The position numbers were made by a program, and so were the translations under genes. A model generated the notes under the pieces. That model ran no database searches. It was not told the origin of the DNA and saw only the letters and a program-made list of their open reading frames with translations. From a virus, in IMG/VR virus record IMGVR_UViG_3300042924_004713, positions 102,409 through 166,408 of that record: DNA of 64,000 nt; one strand, given 5' to 3'. Of this stretch, positions 45,203 to 53,263 are shown piece after piece. Positions within the stretch are counted from its first letter, which is position 1; the number at the start of each line of letters is the position of its first letter.

Positions 45203-46950
45203 TAACAATCAATAAACTCACTGTGCGCAACTTCATGAGTGTGGGCAATGCCACACAGGCACTGGACTTTGATCGTCGCGATCTTACTCTAGTGCTGGGA
45301 GAGAATCTAGATCTTGGTGGTGACGGATCGCGAAATGGCACAGGCAAGACCACGATTATAAATGCTCTAAGCTTTGCACTGTTTGGTCAAGCTCTTACCA
45401 ACATCAAAAAAGACAACCTAATCAACAAGACCAACGGCAAACAAATGGTTGTTAGCCTGGACTTTGTAGTAGACGGACAAGGCTATAGAATTGAGCGTGG
45501 GCGTCGTCCCAATGTATTGAAATTCTTTGTGAACAACGAAGAAAAGATTGCCACTGATGATGCACAGGGTGACTCTCGTGAAACCCAAGAAGCCATAGAA
45601 CGTTTGCTGGGCATGAGTCACAACATGTTTCGTCACATCGTGGCCTTGAATACCTATACAGAACCTTTTTTGAATCTGCGTGCCAACGACCAGCGCGAGA
45701 TCATTGAACAACTGCTGGGTATTACTCAGCTCAGTGAGCGTGCTGATCGTATACGCGAACTCAATCGTGCGACCAAAGAAGAAATCAGTCAAGAAGAAAT
45801 GCGCATTCGCGCGGTTCAAGAAGCCAACAAGCGCATTGAAGAACAGATCACAAGCTTGGAAAAACGTCGCGATCTGTGGACCAAGAAACAACAGGAAGAC
45901 TGTGACAAACTACAGGAAGCCATTGCTGCACTCGAACACATAGACATTGAAACAGAAATACAATCTCATCGTGATCTTGAATCCTATCATTCCAAGAAAA
46001 AACAAATTGATGAGCACAATCGTTGGATACGATCAATTGATCAAGACAATGTCAAAATCAACAAACAAAAAAGTCAGTTGCAAAAGGATCTGGATGCCAT
46101 GCAGGCACATCGTTGTTTTGCCTGCGGTACTGAGATACACGACAACAGTCTTGACAGTGTAAAAGACAAAAAACAAAAAGAACTACAGGAACTGGCACTG
46201 CAACTGCTGACCAATGACACACAAAAAAGCGAACATCAAAACGAACTTGATGATCTTGGTGAACTTGGTGTAGCACCCACGGTGTTCTATGATAACCTAG
46301 AACAAGCATTGAACCATCGCAACAGCCTTGAAACACTGCAAACCAATCTGCAAAATCGCAGCAGTGAAACTGATCCTTATACTGAACAGATACAGGACAT
46401 GCGTGGTCAAGCTCTACAAGACGTGTCATATGATCATCTCAATGAACTGACCAAACTGCAGGATCATCAGGACTTCTTGCTCAAGCTGCTCACAAACAAA
46501 GATTCTTTCATACGTAAAAAGATCATAGATCAAAATCTCAGCTATCTTAACAGCAGACTTGTACACTATCTTGATCGCATTGGATTACCACATCAGGTGA
46601 TGTTCCAAAACGATCTTTCCGTGGAAATCACAGAACTGGGTAGAGATTTGGACTTTGATAATCTAAGCCGTGGTGAGCGCAATCGATTGATACTCAGCAT
46701 GAGCTGGGCCTTCCGTGATGTCTGGGAAAGTCTGTATCGTCCTGTGAATCTATTGTTTGTGGATGAAATGATTGATTCGGGTCTTGACACACAGGGCGTT
46801 GAAAACGCTCTAGCTATTCTAAAGAAAATGGGACGAGAACGTCACAAGAGCATATGGCTTGTGAGCCATCGTGATGAACTAGCAGGGCGTGTGGAAAATA
46901 TCATGAAAGTGGTCAAAGAAAATGGATTCACATCTTATGCCATTGACTAA
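45199..46950 (+). CDS. gp46: Recombination ATPase subunit (Rad50/SbcC-like)
   Basis: Walker A NGTGKTT, CFAC zinc hook, LSRGE signature, LFVDE Walker B, SHR. Confidence 0.92.
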   Translation: MITINKLTVRNFMSVGNATQALDFDRRDLTLVLGENLDLGGDGSRNGTGKTTIINALSFALFGQALTNIKKDNLINKTNGKQMVVSLDFVVDGQGYRIERGRRPNVLKFFVNNEEKIATDDAQGDSRETQEAIERLLGMSHNMFRHIVALNTYTEPFLNLRANDQREIIEQLLGITQLSERADRIRELNRATKEEISQEEMRIRAVQEANKRIEEQITSLEKRRDLWTKKQQEDCDKLQEAIAALEHIDIETEIQSHRDLESYHSKKKQIDEHNRWIRSIDQDNVKINKQKSQLQKDLDAMQAHRCFACGTEIHDNSLDSVKDKKQKELQELALQLLTNDTQKSEHQNELDDLGELGVAPTVFYDNLEQALNHRNSLETLQTNLQNRSSETDPYTEQIQDMRGQALQDVSYDHLNELTKLQDHQDFLLKLLTNKDSFIRKKIIDQNLSYLNSRLVHYLDRIGLPHQVMFQNDLSVEITELGRDLDFDNLSRGERNRLILSMSWAFRDVWESLYRPVNLLFVDEMIDSGLDTQGVENALAILKKMGRERHKSIWLVSHRDELAGRVENIMKVVKENGFTSYAID

Positions 46951-47959
46951 TAGCCTAGCCACGTGGCACTGGCACATAGAAATTTCCAGCAAGTGTACGC
47001 TGCGCTGTCCAAGATGCGCACGACAGGAGGTTCCTAACGGACTTGTAAACACTGAACTAGATTTTGATTTCTTTCAACGCAATTTCCCACCTGACTTTAT
47101 AAAACAACATGTACGCAAGATAACTTTTTGTGGTGACGACGGTGATCCAATCTATGCTCATGATCTTATTCCAGTGATTGCCTATTTCAAAAGCATCAAG
47201 TCTGACATAGAGATAGTGATTGTGACCAACGGCAGCTATAAGTCAGAGTCTTGGTGGCAAAGTCTTGCCATACAGCTTGGTCCCAACGACAGTGTGCATT
47301 TTAGTATAGACGGTTGGGACAACGCCAGCAACAATCAATATCGTGTGAACAGCGACTGGAACAGTATCATTGAAGGTGTTAAGACTCTGCGTGCTCATAG
47401 TCGTTGTCAAATAATCTGGGCTGCTATTGCGTTTAAATTCAATCAAAAGTATATACAGCGCATGAAAGCTCAGGCATTTGATCTGGGCTTTGATAGATTT
47501 CAACTTACCAAGAGCACCAAGTTTGGCAGTGTGTATCCTCACTATGGCGACAAAGACATACTAGAGCCCATACCGGATCTTGTAAGCCAAACACACAGAT
47601 TTGAACGTGAAGTCTATGACTTCACTGATCGCAAACCCCAATCATGGCCTATTAATCTAGAGAGATATCAACAAAGTCTAGAAATCAATGGCGTGAAACC
47701 CTTGTGCTCGATAGGCAACAAAGGCCTATACATTAGTGCGCAGGGGCAACTGTTTCCTTGCTGTTGGGTGGCCAATCGTTATGCACACAATCAAGAATGG
47801 CAGGAACTAGGCAAACAGTTTGATCTCAAGCAACGCAGTCTTGAATCTGTACTACAGGATGCTTTTTGGCAATCGGAGTTCCAAAGCTATCGTTGGAACG
47901 AATGTCAAACCAAATGTGTTGCTGGCCGCGTGACACAAGAATACGCTACTGAATGGTAG
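46937..47959 (+). CDS. Radical SAM protein with a C-terminal SPASM/twitch-like domain
   Basis: CTLRCPRC, CGDDGDP, TNG, FSIDG; C-terminal C...YISAQGQLFPCCW...CQTKC. Confidence 0.85.
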   Translation: MPLTNSLATWHWHIEISSKCTLRCPRCARQEVPNGLVNTELDFDFFQRNFPPDFIKQHVRKITFCGDDGDPIYAHDLIPVIAYFKSIKSDIEIVIVTNGSYKSESWWQSLAIQLGPNDSVHFSIDGWDNASNNQYRVNSDWNSIIEGVKTLRAHSRCQIIWAAIAFKFNQKYIQRMKAQAFDLGFDRFQLTKSTKFGSVYPHYGDKDILEPIPDLVSQTHRFEREVYDFTDRKPQSWPINLERYQQSLEINGVKPLCSIGNKGLYISAQGQLFPCCWVANRYAHNQEWQELGKQFDLKQRSLESVLQDAFWQSEFQSYRWNECQTKCVAGRVTQEYATEW

Positions 47960-47976
47960 CCTGATAACTATCGCAC

Positions 47977-48492
47977 ATGACCAGTCCACAAAAAGTCAAG
48001 GGCAACGCCTGGGAAAACACAGTTGCAAAGCATCTTACACAGATCTATGGAGAAACCTTTATACGTGTGCCTCATTCTGGTGCCTACATAGGTGGTGCTA
48101 ATCAGCATCGCAAACAGGTGTTACACGAAGGGCAGATACGCAGCTTCAAAGGCGACATCATACCTGGTGAAAGTTTTCCTAGATTTAACTGCGAATGCAA
48201 AAGCTACAAAGACTTTCCGTTTCATCAGTTGTTTCAAGGCGCTTGCAAAACTCTAGACACCTGGATACAACAGTGCATGGACGTGGCCGACGATGGTGAC
48301 TTTAATATACTTTGCATGAAGTTCAATCGCAAAGGAACTTTTGTGGCAGTACAAGCACAGCCCAATACCTCACAACTGATATTCACAAGAAATTTCAATT
48401 ACACCAGTGGATTAAACGGTCATTGGATGATCATGGACTATGATCTCTTCTGGGAGATCAATGCAGACAGTGTGAAAGAACTCTGCGCATGA
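47977..48492 (+). CDS. Holliday junction resolvase-like PD-(D/E)xK nuclease
   Basis: KGNAWE...GDI...ECKSYK. Confidence 0.75.
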   Translation: MTSPQKVKGNAWENTVAKHLTQIYGETFIRVPHSGAYIGGANQHRKQVLHEGQIRSFKGDIIPGESFPRFNCECKSYKDFPFHQLFQGACKTLDTWIQQCMDVADDGDFNILCMKFNRKGTFVAVQAQPNTSQLIFTRNFNYTSGLNGHWMIMDYDLFWEINADSVKELCA

Positions 48493-49523
48493 TCAAAGGA
48501 CGCTTAACCACTTATGTAGGAGATGTCAATGCTTATCTAAGAGCAGCAGCACGTCAAACTCATCCTCTGGCTTTTTTGGTCAGCAATGCCAATTGGCAGC
48601 AGTTTATAGACAGTGACCATGATGATGTTGCTGTTTATACATCGCTAGGAGACCTAGCTGTGGATAATTTTTGTGCTCTGTTGGATCTGTCAGATGTGAT
48701 TGAATATTGTCCGCCACCAAATCATCAGTGGAGCGATCGCAAAATTATCAATGAACTAGATCCCTTTGACAGTATTCGTGGGCTTACTGAATATCTTGTA
48801 CAGAGACACATTGATCGCAAACAACTTGGAAACCTAGAAAGTGTCAACCAACCACAAGAACTGTTGCCCTTGGTTGACACTCGCAAGACTTCTGGACCTC
48901 AACTGTGGACCGCAGGGTGCAGCATCACTGCTGGCATTGGTGTTGATTCTACTCAAACCTGGAGTCATCATCTATCTAGTCTGCTGAACATACCATGCTC
49001 AACGCTGGCCGAACTTGGCGCCAGCAACACATGGCAAGCTGATCAAATACTTAGATCGGACATACGCTGGCGCGACACAGTGGTCTGGGGTATTACCGGC
49101 CTGTATAGGCAATGGATAATCCAAAATGGTGAGATGCGACACCTTAACATGCATAGTCATGTTGAGGATCCCAATCTAGAAATCAACTGGCCACTGCGTG
49201 CTTTGGCCAGCGACACCACACTGTACGCATCAATGCACTGTATGAAAGCAGTAGCCAATTTTTGTGACAAAATTGGTGCTAGATTAGTGATTTTCAACGC
49301 AAACTTCTCAGACGCATATATAACAACACTCAGGCAAATACCACATTTCTACTACTATCAACATCCAATTCGTATAGGCAAAGACAGGCAAATACGTCAA
49401 CACTGGCTTGATTTAGGCACAGACGACTCGCATCCAGGCCCACTACAGCATCAAGCATTCGCAAATTTTTGTTACTCAATTTTAAAACCACAAACAGACT
49501 CTGTGCTAAGTGTTGTGACTTAG
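48489..49523 (+). CDS. Protein with a C-terminal SGNH hydrolase-like domain
   Basis: GCSITAGIG, GASN and DDSHPGP. Confidence 0.6.
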   Translation: MIKGRLTTYVGDVNAYLRAAARQTHPLAFLVSNANWQQFIDSDHDDVAVYTSLGDLAVDNFCALLDLSDVIEYCPPPNHQWSDRKIINELDPFDSIRGLTEYLVQRHIDRKQLGNLESVNQPQELLPLVDTRKTSGPQLWTAGCSITAGIGVDSTQTWSHHLSSLLNIPCSTLAELGASNTWQADQILRSDIRWRDTVVWGITGLYRQWIIQNGEMRHLNMHSHVEDPNLEINWPLRALASDTTLYASMHCMKAVANFCDKIGARLVIFNANFSDAYITTLRQIPHFYYYQHPIRIGKDRQIRQHWLDLGTDDSHPGPLQHQAFANFCYSILKPQTDSVLSVVT

Positions 49524-49886
49524 CCCCATTGAGCTAGCCGAGGTAAGGCTCGTTGCCAGCAGATCTTGGGTGTCAAAGAATAGGCTAACTTAGGCTAAAT
49601 GATCGCGGCTATGTGAACAAGATACAACCGCGGCGCAAGGGACTTTGCTTGTATGGGGTCGCCTGCGTTCCGTTGCGAGTCAAGGCTAGAGTAGGAGGTA
49701 CAGCGCAACCGCCTCCGTGTGGAAACACAATCTCTTTATACAAGTGATCGTTCGAACTCAGATGATGACAACTTGCCCGGTAAACGGGCAAGTATGACCA
49801 AAAAATCTAGATGATAACTTGATTCTCGCTCTGCTCGAACACATTGATGAGCGCAAGCGAATCAATAGATCTACGCAGTAGATCTT
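49505..49886 (+). ncRNA. Candidate large structured non-coding RNA or DNA element (strand uncertain)
   Basis: ~350-nt ORF-free gap in a dense genome, with at least six stems, a GGAA tetraloop and a long-range pairing. Confidence 0.55.
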
Positions 49887-50911
49887 CCAAGTACATGATG
49901 ATTGGGCTCAAGTAACTGATGTAGTTTTTGTGTGTTATCTGGAAAATGTTCAAGTTGCCAGTTCTTGACGTTGAGTTGATGTTTGTGCATCAATTGATGT
50001 AGAATAATCACTTCCTGAGTAAAGCTAAGGTCTCGCAGTGGATAGTACCAGTTATTGACCACAGCATCAACAATGTGATCAAGTTCGTATTGAAACTTCA
50101 AGAGTTGGTAGTTGATCTGCTGCCATTTTTGATACACCTGCTGCCATGATTCCCACCGTGATGAATCTGTTGTGATATCAAGATCTTTGCACAGACGTGA
50201 GAGCACCTGTTGTCCGTGATACCAAAATTCCTGACAGTTGATCCAATGATGTGGGAGTGTGAAGTCCAGGTGTTCGTGTCCTAGTCTTGATGCTGTCCAC
50301 TGTAGATTCAGTGCCAGTAGTTCTCTACGATCCCAAACAGTTGTGGCCGAACTCAAGGTGCTGTTGAAAAACACTTCATTCATGTGTAAAAAGGTATTGG
50401 CCACTGGTGTTTCTTCAAACATCACTGCGTGCTGCGCACGATCTAGAGTGCCAGCGTGATACACTTGATTGTGATGATCTGTGGCCACAAACACACAGTC
50501 ACAGCCCATGTAATCACACCAGCGCCAGACCTGAGCATATTCTTGGTCGCAAAGATCAATCAGACGAGTCCATTCTTGATTGTCATGCAATACTGAACTA
50601 GTGTGACCAAGTTCCTGTGCCATGGTGTCCACAGCAGGTCCCACAGGATAGATCACATGAAAGTCTGCGGGCACATTGATTAGTTTGTCCAACACATGTC
50701 GTGTGTTGTGTATGCCAGACACATGATTGCGTGTGTGTCCATGCGCATTTAGTCTAGTTAATGGATTTACAGTGATTGGTTGCCAGCCCTGTTGCCAATG
50801 ATACACTTGATCATGGCCAGCTAGCCAGTGTATGCTCCAATCCATGAAACTGATGCCAATGTTGTGTGTGCCAGTGAGGCAAACAATGCGTGTCATAGTT
50901 GATCTGGCCAA
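49871..50911 (-). CDS. Hypothetical protein (start may be ATG 50896)
   Basis: 346-aa ORF, last gene of the minus-strand operon; ends in TAG. Confidence 0.7.
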   Translation of the reverse strand: MARSTMTRIVCLTGTHNIGISFMDWSIHWLAGHDQVYHWQQGWQPITVNPLTRLNAHGHTRNHVSGIHNTRHVLDKLINVPADFHVIYPVGPAVDTMAQELGHTSSVLHDNQEWTRLIDLCDQEYAQVWRWCDYMGCDCVFVATDHHNQVYHAGTLDRAQHAVMFEETPVANTFLHMNEVFFNSTLSSATTVWDRRELLALNLQWTASRLGHEHLDFTLPHHWINCQEFWYHGQQVLSRLCKDLDITTDSSRWESWQQVYQKWQQINYQLLKFQYELDHIVDAVVNNWYYPLRDLSFTQEVIILHQLMHKHQLNVKNWQLEHFPDNTQKLHQLLEPNHHVLGRSTA

Positions 50912-51228
50912 TCGCGAAACAACGCATGTTGTATGTTGCCCGCTACAAATTGATTGAAACTACGGTGTTTGTCTTCTAGTTCGCCCTGTAGTGGTGCCAC
51001 ACGACGAAAAGCCTCGTCCATCTGCGCCATGTCACGAAATTCCATGATTATCATCCATTCTGGCATGTCTGCAATGCTGCGGAATCCCATCTTGCAGCGT
51101 GTGATACGATAGGTCAACATTTTGCCTTCACTGACCAAATGATCAAAAAAGCCTCGCATGTTGTTGACCCATTCAAGATCAGAAATGTCACCTTGTTTGT
51201 CTGCCCAGATTGTGTATAAGTCGCTCAT
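50893..51228 (-). CDS. Small protein resembling the DUF6614 family
   Basis: Y.IW.D...DLEW...HL..EGK...YRITR.K.G...I.MEF...Q.D.AF...ALFRDWPD. Confidence 0.55.
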   Translation of the reverse strand: MSDLYTIWADKQGDISDLEWVNNMRGFFDHLVSEGKMLTYRITRCKMGFRSIADMPEWMIIMEFRDMAQMDEAFRRVAPLQGELEDKHRSFNQFVAGNIQHALFRDWPDQL

Positions 51229-51665
51229 TCAATTGGTCCTAGTATTTCAAATCCGTCTAGCTGTTTTTTATAAAGATGTGCTTGTTCAAGATAAAGATAA
51301 TCAAAGCCACGTTGTTTGTACACAGCACATTCGGTCTTGAGTGTTTCTATGCCAAGGCGAAGTTCTGGATCGTGATAGGTCCAAGCAAACTGGTCACACA
51401 AGGCATTTTTGTCGTCAAATCTGCGTATGAGGCTAAAGGCCACCAAATGAGTTTGATCCCAGTATCCTATGATGTCGGCCATGGGATCTTGAAATCTACT
51501 GTTAAACATAGGCATCACAGATGAAAACTTTTTGTATCTACAGTAGCTTTTGTAGATTTCCTGACAGGCTGCGATGTTGTAGTCAGTTTTGTCAAGGTAT
51601 GCCCAAAACACAGTGGGTTTGTAGTCTGTGGCGTCAAGCCTAATGCGTGCAAATTGATAGTTCAT
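51225..51665 (-). CDS. GNAT-fold protein resembling the C-terminal domain of aminoacyl-tRNA-protein transferases (ATE1/Bpt)
   Basis: LVAFS...F.W.Y.DP.L.LG..TL..E...K..G.DYLYL...YK...GFE. Confidence 0.55.
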   Translation of the reverse strand: MNYQFARIRLDATDYKPTVFWAYLDKTDYNIAACQEIYKSYCRYKKFSSVMPMFNSRFQDPMADIIGYWDQTHLVAFSLIRRFDDKNALCDQFAWTYHDPELRLGIETLKTECAVYKQRGFDYLYLEQAHLYKKQLDGFEILGPIE

Positions 51666-52159
51666 ATGCGAGGATCAACACGATGTTGAAACAGTCCTTG
51701 TAGATAGTCTTCAGGCCAGTTCTTGTAATAACCTTGGCCAGCAAGTAGTTTTGCAAATTCATTGAGCTTGGCAAGTGGCTGCACAAACACAATAGCCCAG
51801 GTACCCTGATTAAACTTTACACCATTAACAACTTCTTCACTGAGAGGATGATCTGCCAAGGCCAATAGGTCTCTGGCTACTAAAAAGTCAGTGTTGACTT
51901 GATCCACAAGATTATTGAACACAGCTGGTTCAAAGTGTCGCGGATCATACACATAGGCCACCACGGTTTTTTCTTCCATGTCAATGGCCTGTAGGTCAAC
52001 ATAGGGATCTATCTTACCTTTACGTATTTCAAATTCTCCGTTGAGTCGAGCTCTACGTGCGTATGGGCAGGGAGGCCATCCATTGAGCTGTGGATTAGAC
52101 TTTTCCACGAAACCCGTGATCCAAAGCAAGATGTCAATTTGTGCTTGATTAAAATCCAT
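51662..52159 (-). CDS. DUF1415-like hypothetical protein
   Basis: WI..FVE......CPYAR..., DHP and GYY..W. Confidence 0.45.
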   Translation of the reverse strand: MDFNQAQIDILLWITGFVEKSNPQLNGWPPCPYARRARLNGEFEIRKGKIDPYVDLQAIDMEEKTVVAYVYDPRHFEPAVFNNLVDQVNTDFLVARDLLALADHPLSEEVVNGVKFNQGTWAIVFVQPLAKLNEFAKLLAGQGYYKNWPEDYLQGLFQHRVDPRI

Positions 52160-52347
52160 TAGAAGAAAGGTAATCCAGATTTTTTGGTTGTTTCAAGATT
52201 TTCTTTGACAATGTCATTTATGGCCATGCGTTCTTCGTAGCTGAGTTGCAGTGCTTGTTCGTAAGTGATACCACCACGCATGTACCAACTTAGTTTGAGA
52301 GCTTCGTGGCGGATAGCTGATGCTTCTTTGCCCATGGTAGCGACCAT
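52159..52347 (-). CDS. Tail assembly chaperone C-terminal part (gp51/gpT-like); probably reached by a -1 frameshift
   Basis: LSWYMRGGITYEQAL.LSYEER motif; the frame stays open upstream to the slippery site at 52389-52398. Confidence 0.65.
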   Translation of the reverse strand: MVATMGKEASAIRHEALKLSWYMRGGITYEQALQLSYEERMAINDIVKENLETTKKSGLPFF

Positions 52348-52373
52348 TGCCTCAATTTCATCTGGGCTAGATG

Positions 52374-53228
52374 TTAAGAGGCTGGCGCGAAAAAATTTGC
52401 TTGATCAAGTGTAAATGGTTGTGTGTACTGATTTTCACAATTGTTGCATTTAACCTGTAGTGGTTTAAGTTCGCTGTCCATTCGCAGCGTAACCACGTGA
52501 TCACGAATGCGGTTAAACAACTTACGATCGCAGTTTTTCAAAAAATCAGCAATGTGTTCGTGCTCTGTGACCATGGCATTTGATGTTTTAATCAAGCTGA
52601 TAGTTGCTGTTAGTGTGGCCACAGTCATTTCAGTGACCTTGCGCAGAGCATCAGCTAACATTTTGATTTTTTCTTCTTCTGGAAGTTCTGCATTTGGCAA
52701 CATCTGTAGCAGTCTTTGGTCATTAAACTGCATGGTATTGTTTTCGTGCATCTGCTGATAGTTCAAAGGCACAAAGTGTATTTCCAGATCACCATTGGAA
52801 ATACAACTATCATAGTCTGGCATTTTGAAACCGTCAAGCACTTGGCGTAGATCCAGTGCATACGTATGGCTTTCTTCACACTTGGGACAGCGGCTCTCTA
52901 TTTCTAGTTCATGTCCGTAGCTGGCAATGCGTATAGCTGTGAGTATGGCATCTATATCTACGGCCGGAGTGCCCCAGGCATTTCGTATGTTTGGCACACA
53001 GCTTTGAATCACACTCACAACTGCCTGTCCGTTAAACAGTGCATCAGGTGTGCGGTAGGTTATTTCATCAATCGCGGTCATAGGCAACACTGGCAACTCA
53101 CCGTTTTCAGTCATGGTTAAGGTGCCTGGCGGCCAGAATTTACCTTGGCTAGGTAAACGCAGGTAGATGGCTGGCTGGCGGAAAAACTGCCGTAAAGGAT
53201 TAGCGGTTGGGGTCATTTTTACATCCAT
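52374..53228 (-). CDS. Baseplate hub/tail assembly chaperone, gp26-like
   Basis: LPSQG, PMTAIDEI, D.DAIL.AIR.ASYG, two CxxC motifs, terminal NFF. Confidence 0.75.
   Translation of the reverse strand: MDVKMTPTANPLRQFFRQPAIYLRLPSQGKFWPPGTLTMTENGELPVLPMTAIDEITYRTPDALFNGQAVVSVIQSCVPNIRNAWGTPAVDIDAILTAIRIASYGHELEIESRCPKCEESHTYALDLRQVLDGFKMPDYDSCISNGDLEIHFVPLNYQQMHENNTMQFNDQRLLQMLPNAELPEEEKIKMLADALRKVTEMTVATLTATISLIKTSNAMVTEHEHIADFLKNCDRKLFNRIRDHVVTLRMDSELKPLQVKCNNCENQYTQPFTLDQANFFAPAS
52389..52398 (-). promoter_or_regulatory. Putative -1 ribosomal frameshift site A AAT TTT TTC
   Basis: Two overlapping in-frame X XXY YYZ heptamers; the -1 frame is open into 52159-52347. Confidence 0.65.
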
Positions 53229-53263
53229 AAATATAGATAAAGTACTTATAACCCAAGAAAACC

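Noticed and set aside
47957-49532. Amber read-through extensions at the TAG stops 47957-59 and 49521-23
   Set aside because: Read-through meets TGA within six and two codons respectively, so no fusion results.
49524-49870. Group I intron, tmRNA or RNase P; also the 60-aa ORF at 49609-49791
   Set aside because: It does not interrupt a gene, it lacks tRNA-like ends and the core motifs I know for these RNAs, and the short ORF has no RBS or protein-like features.
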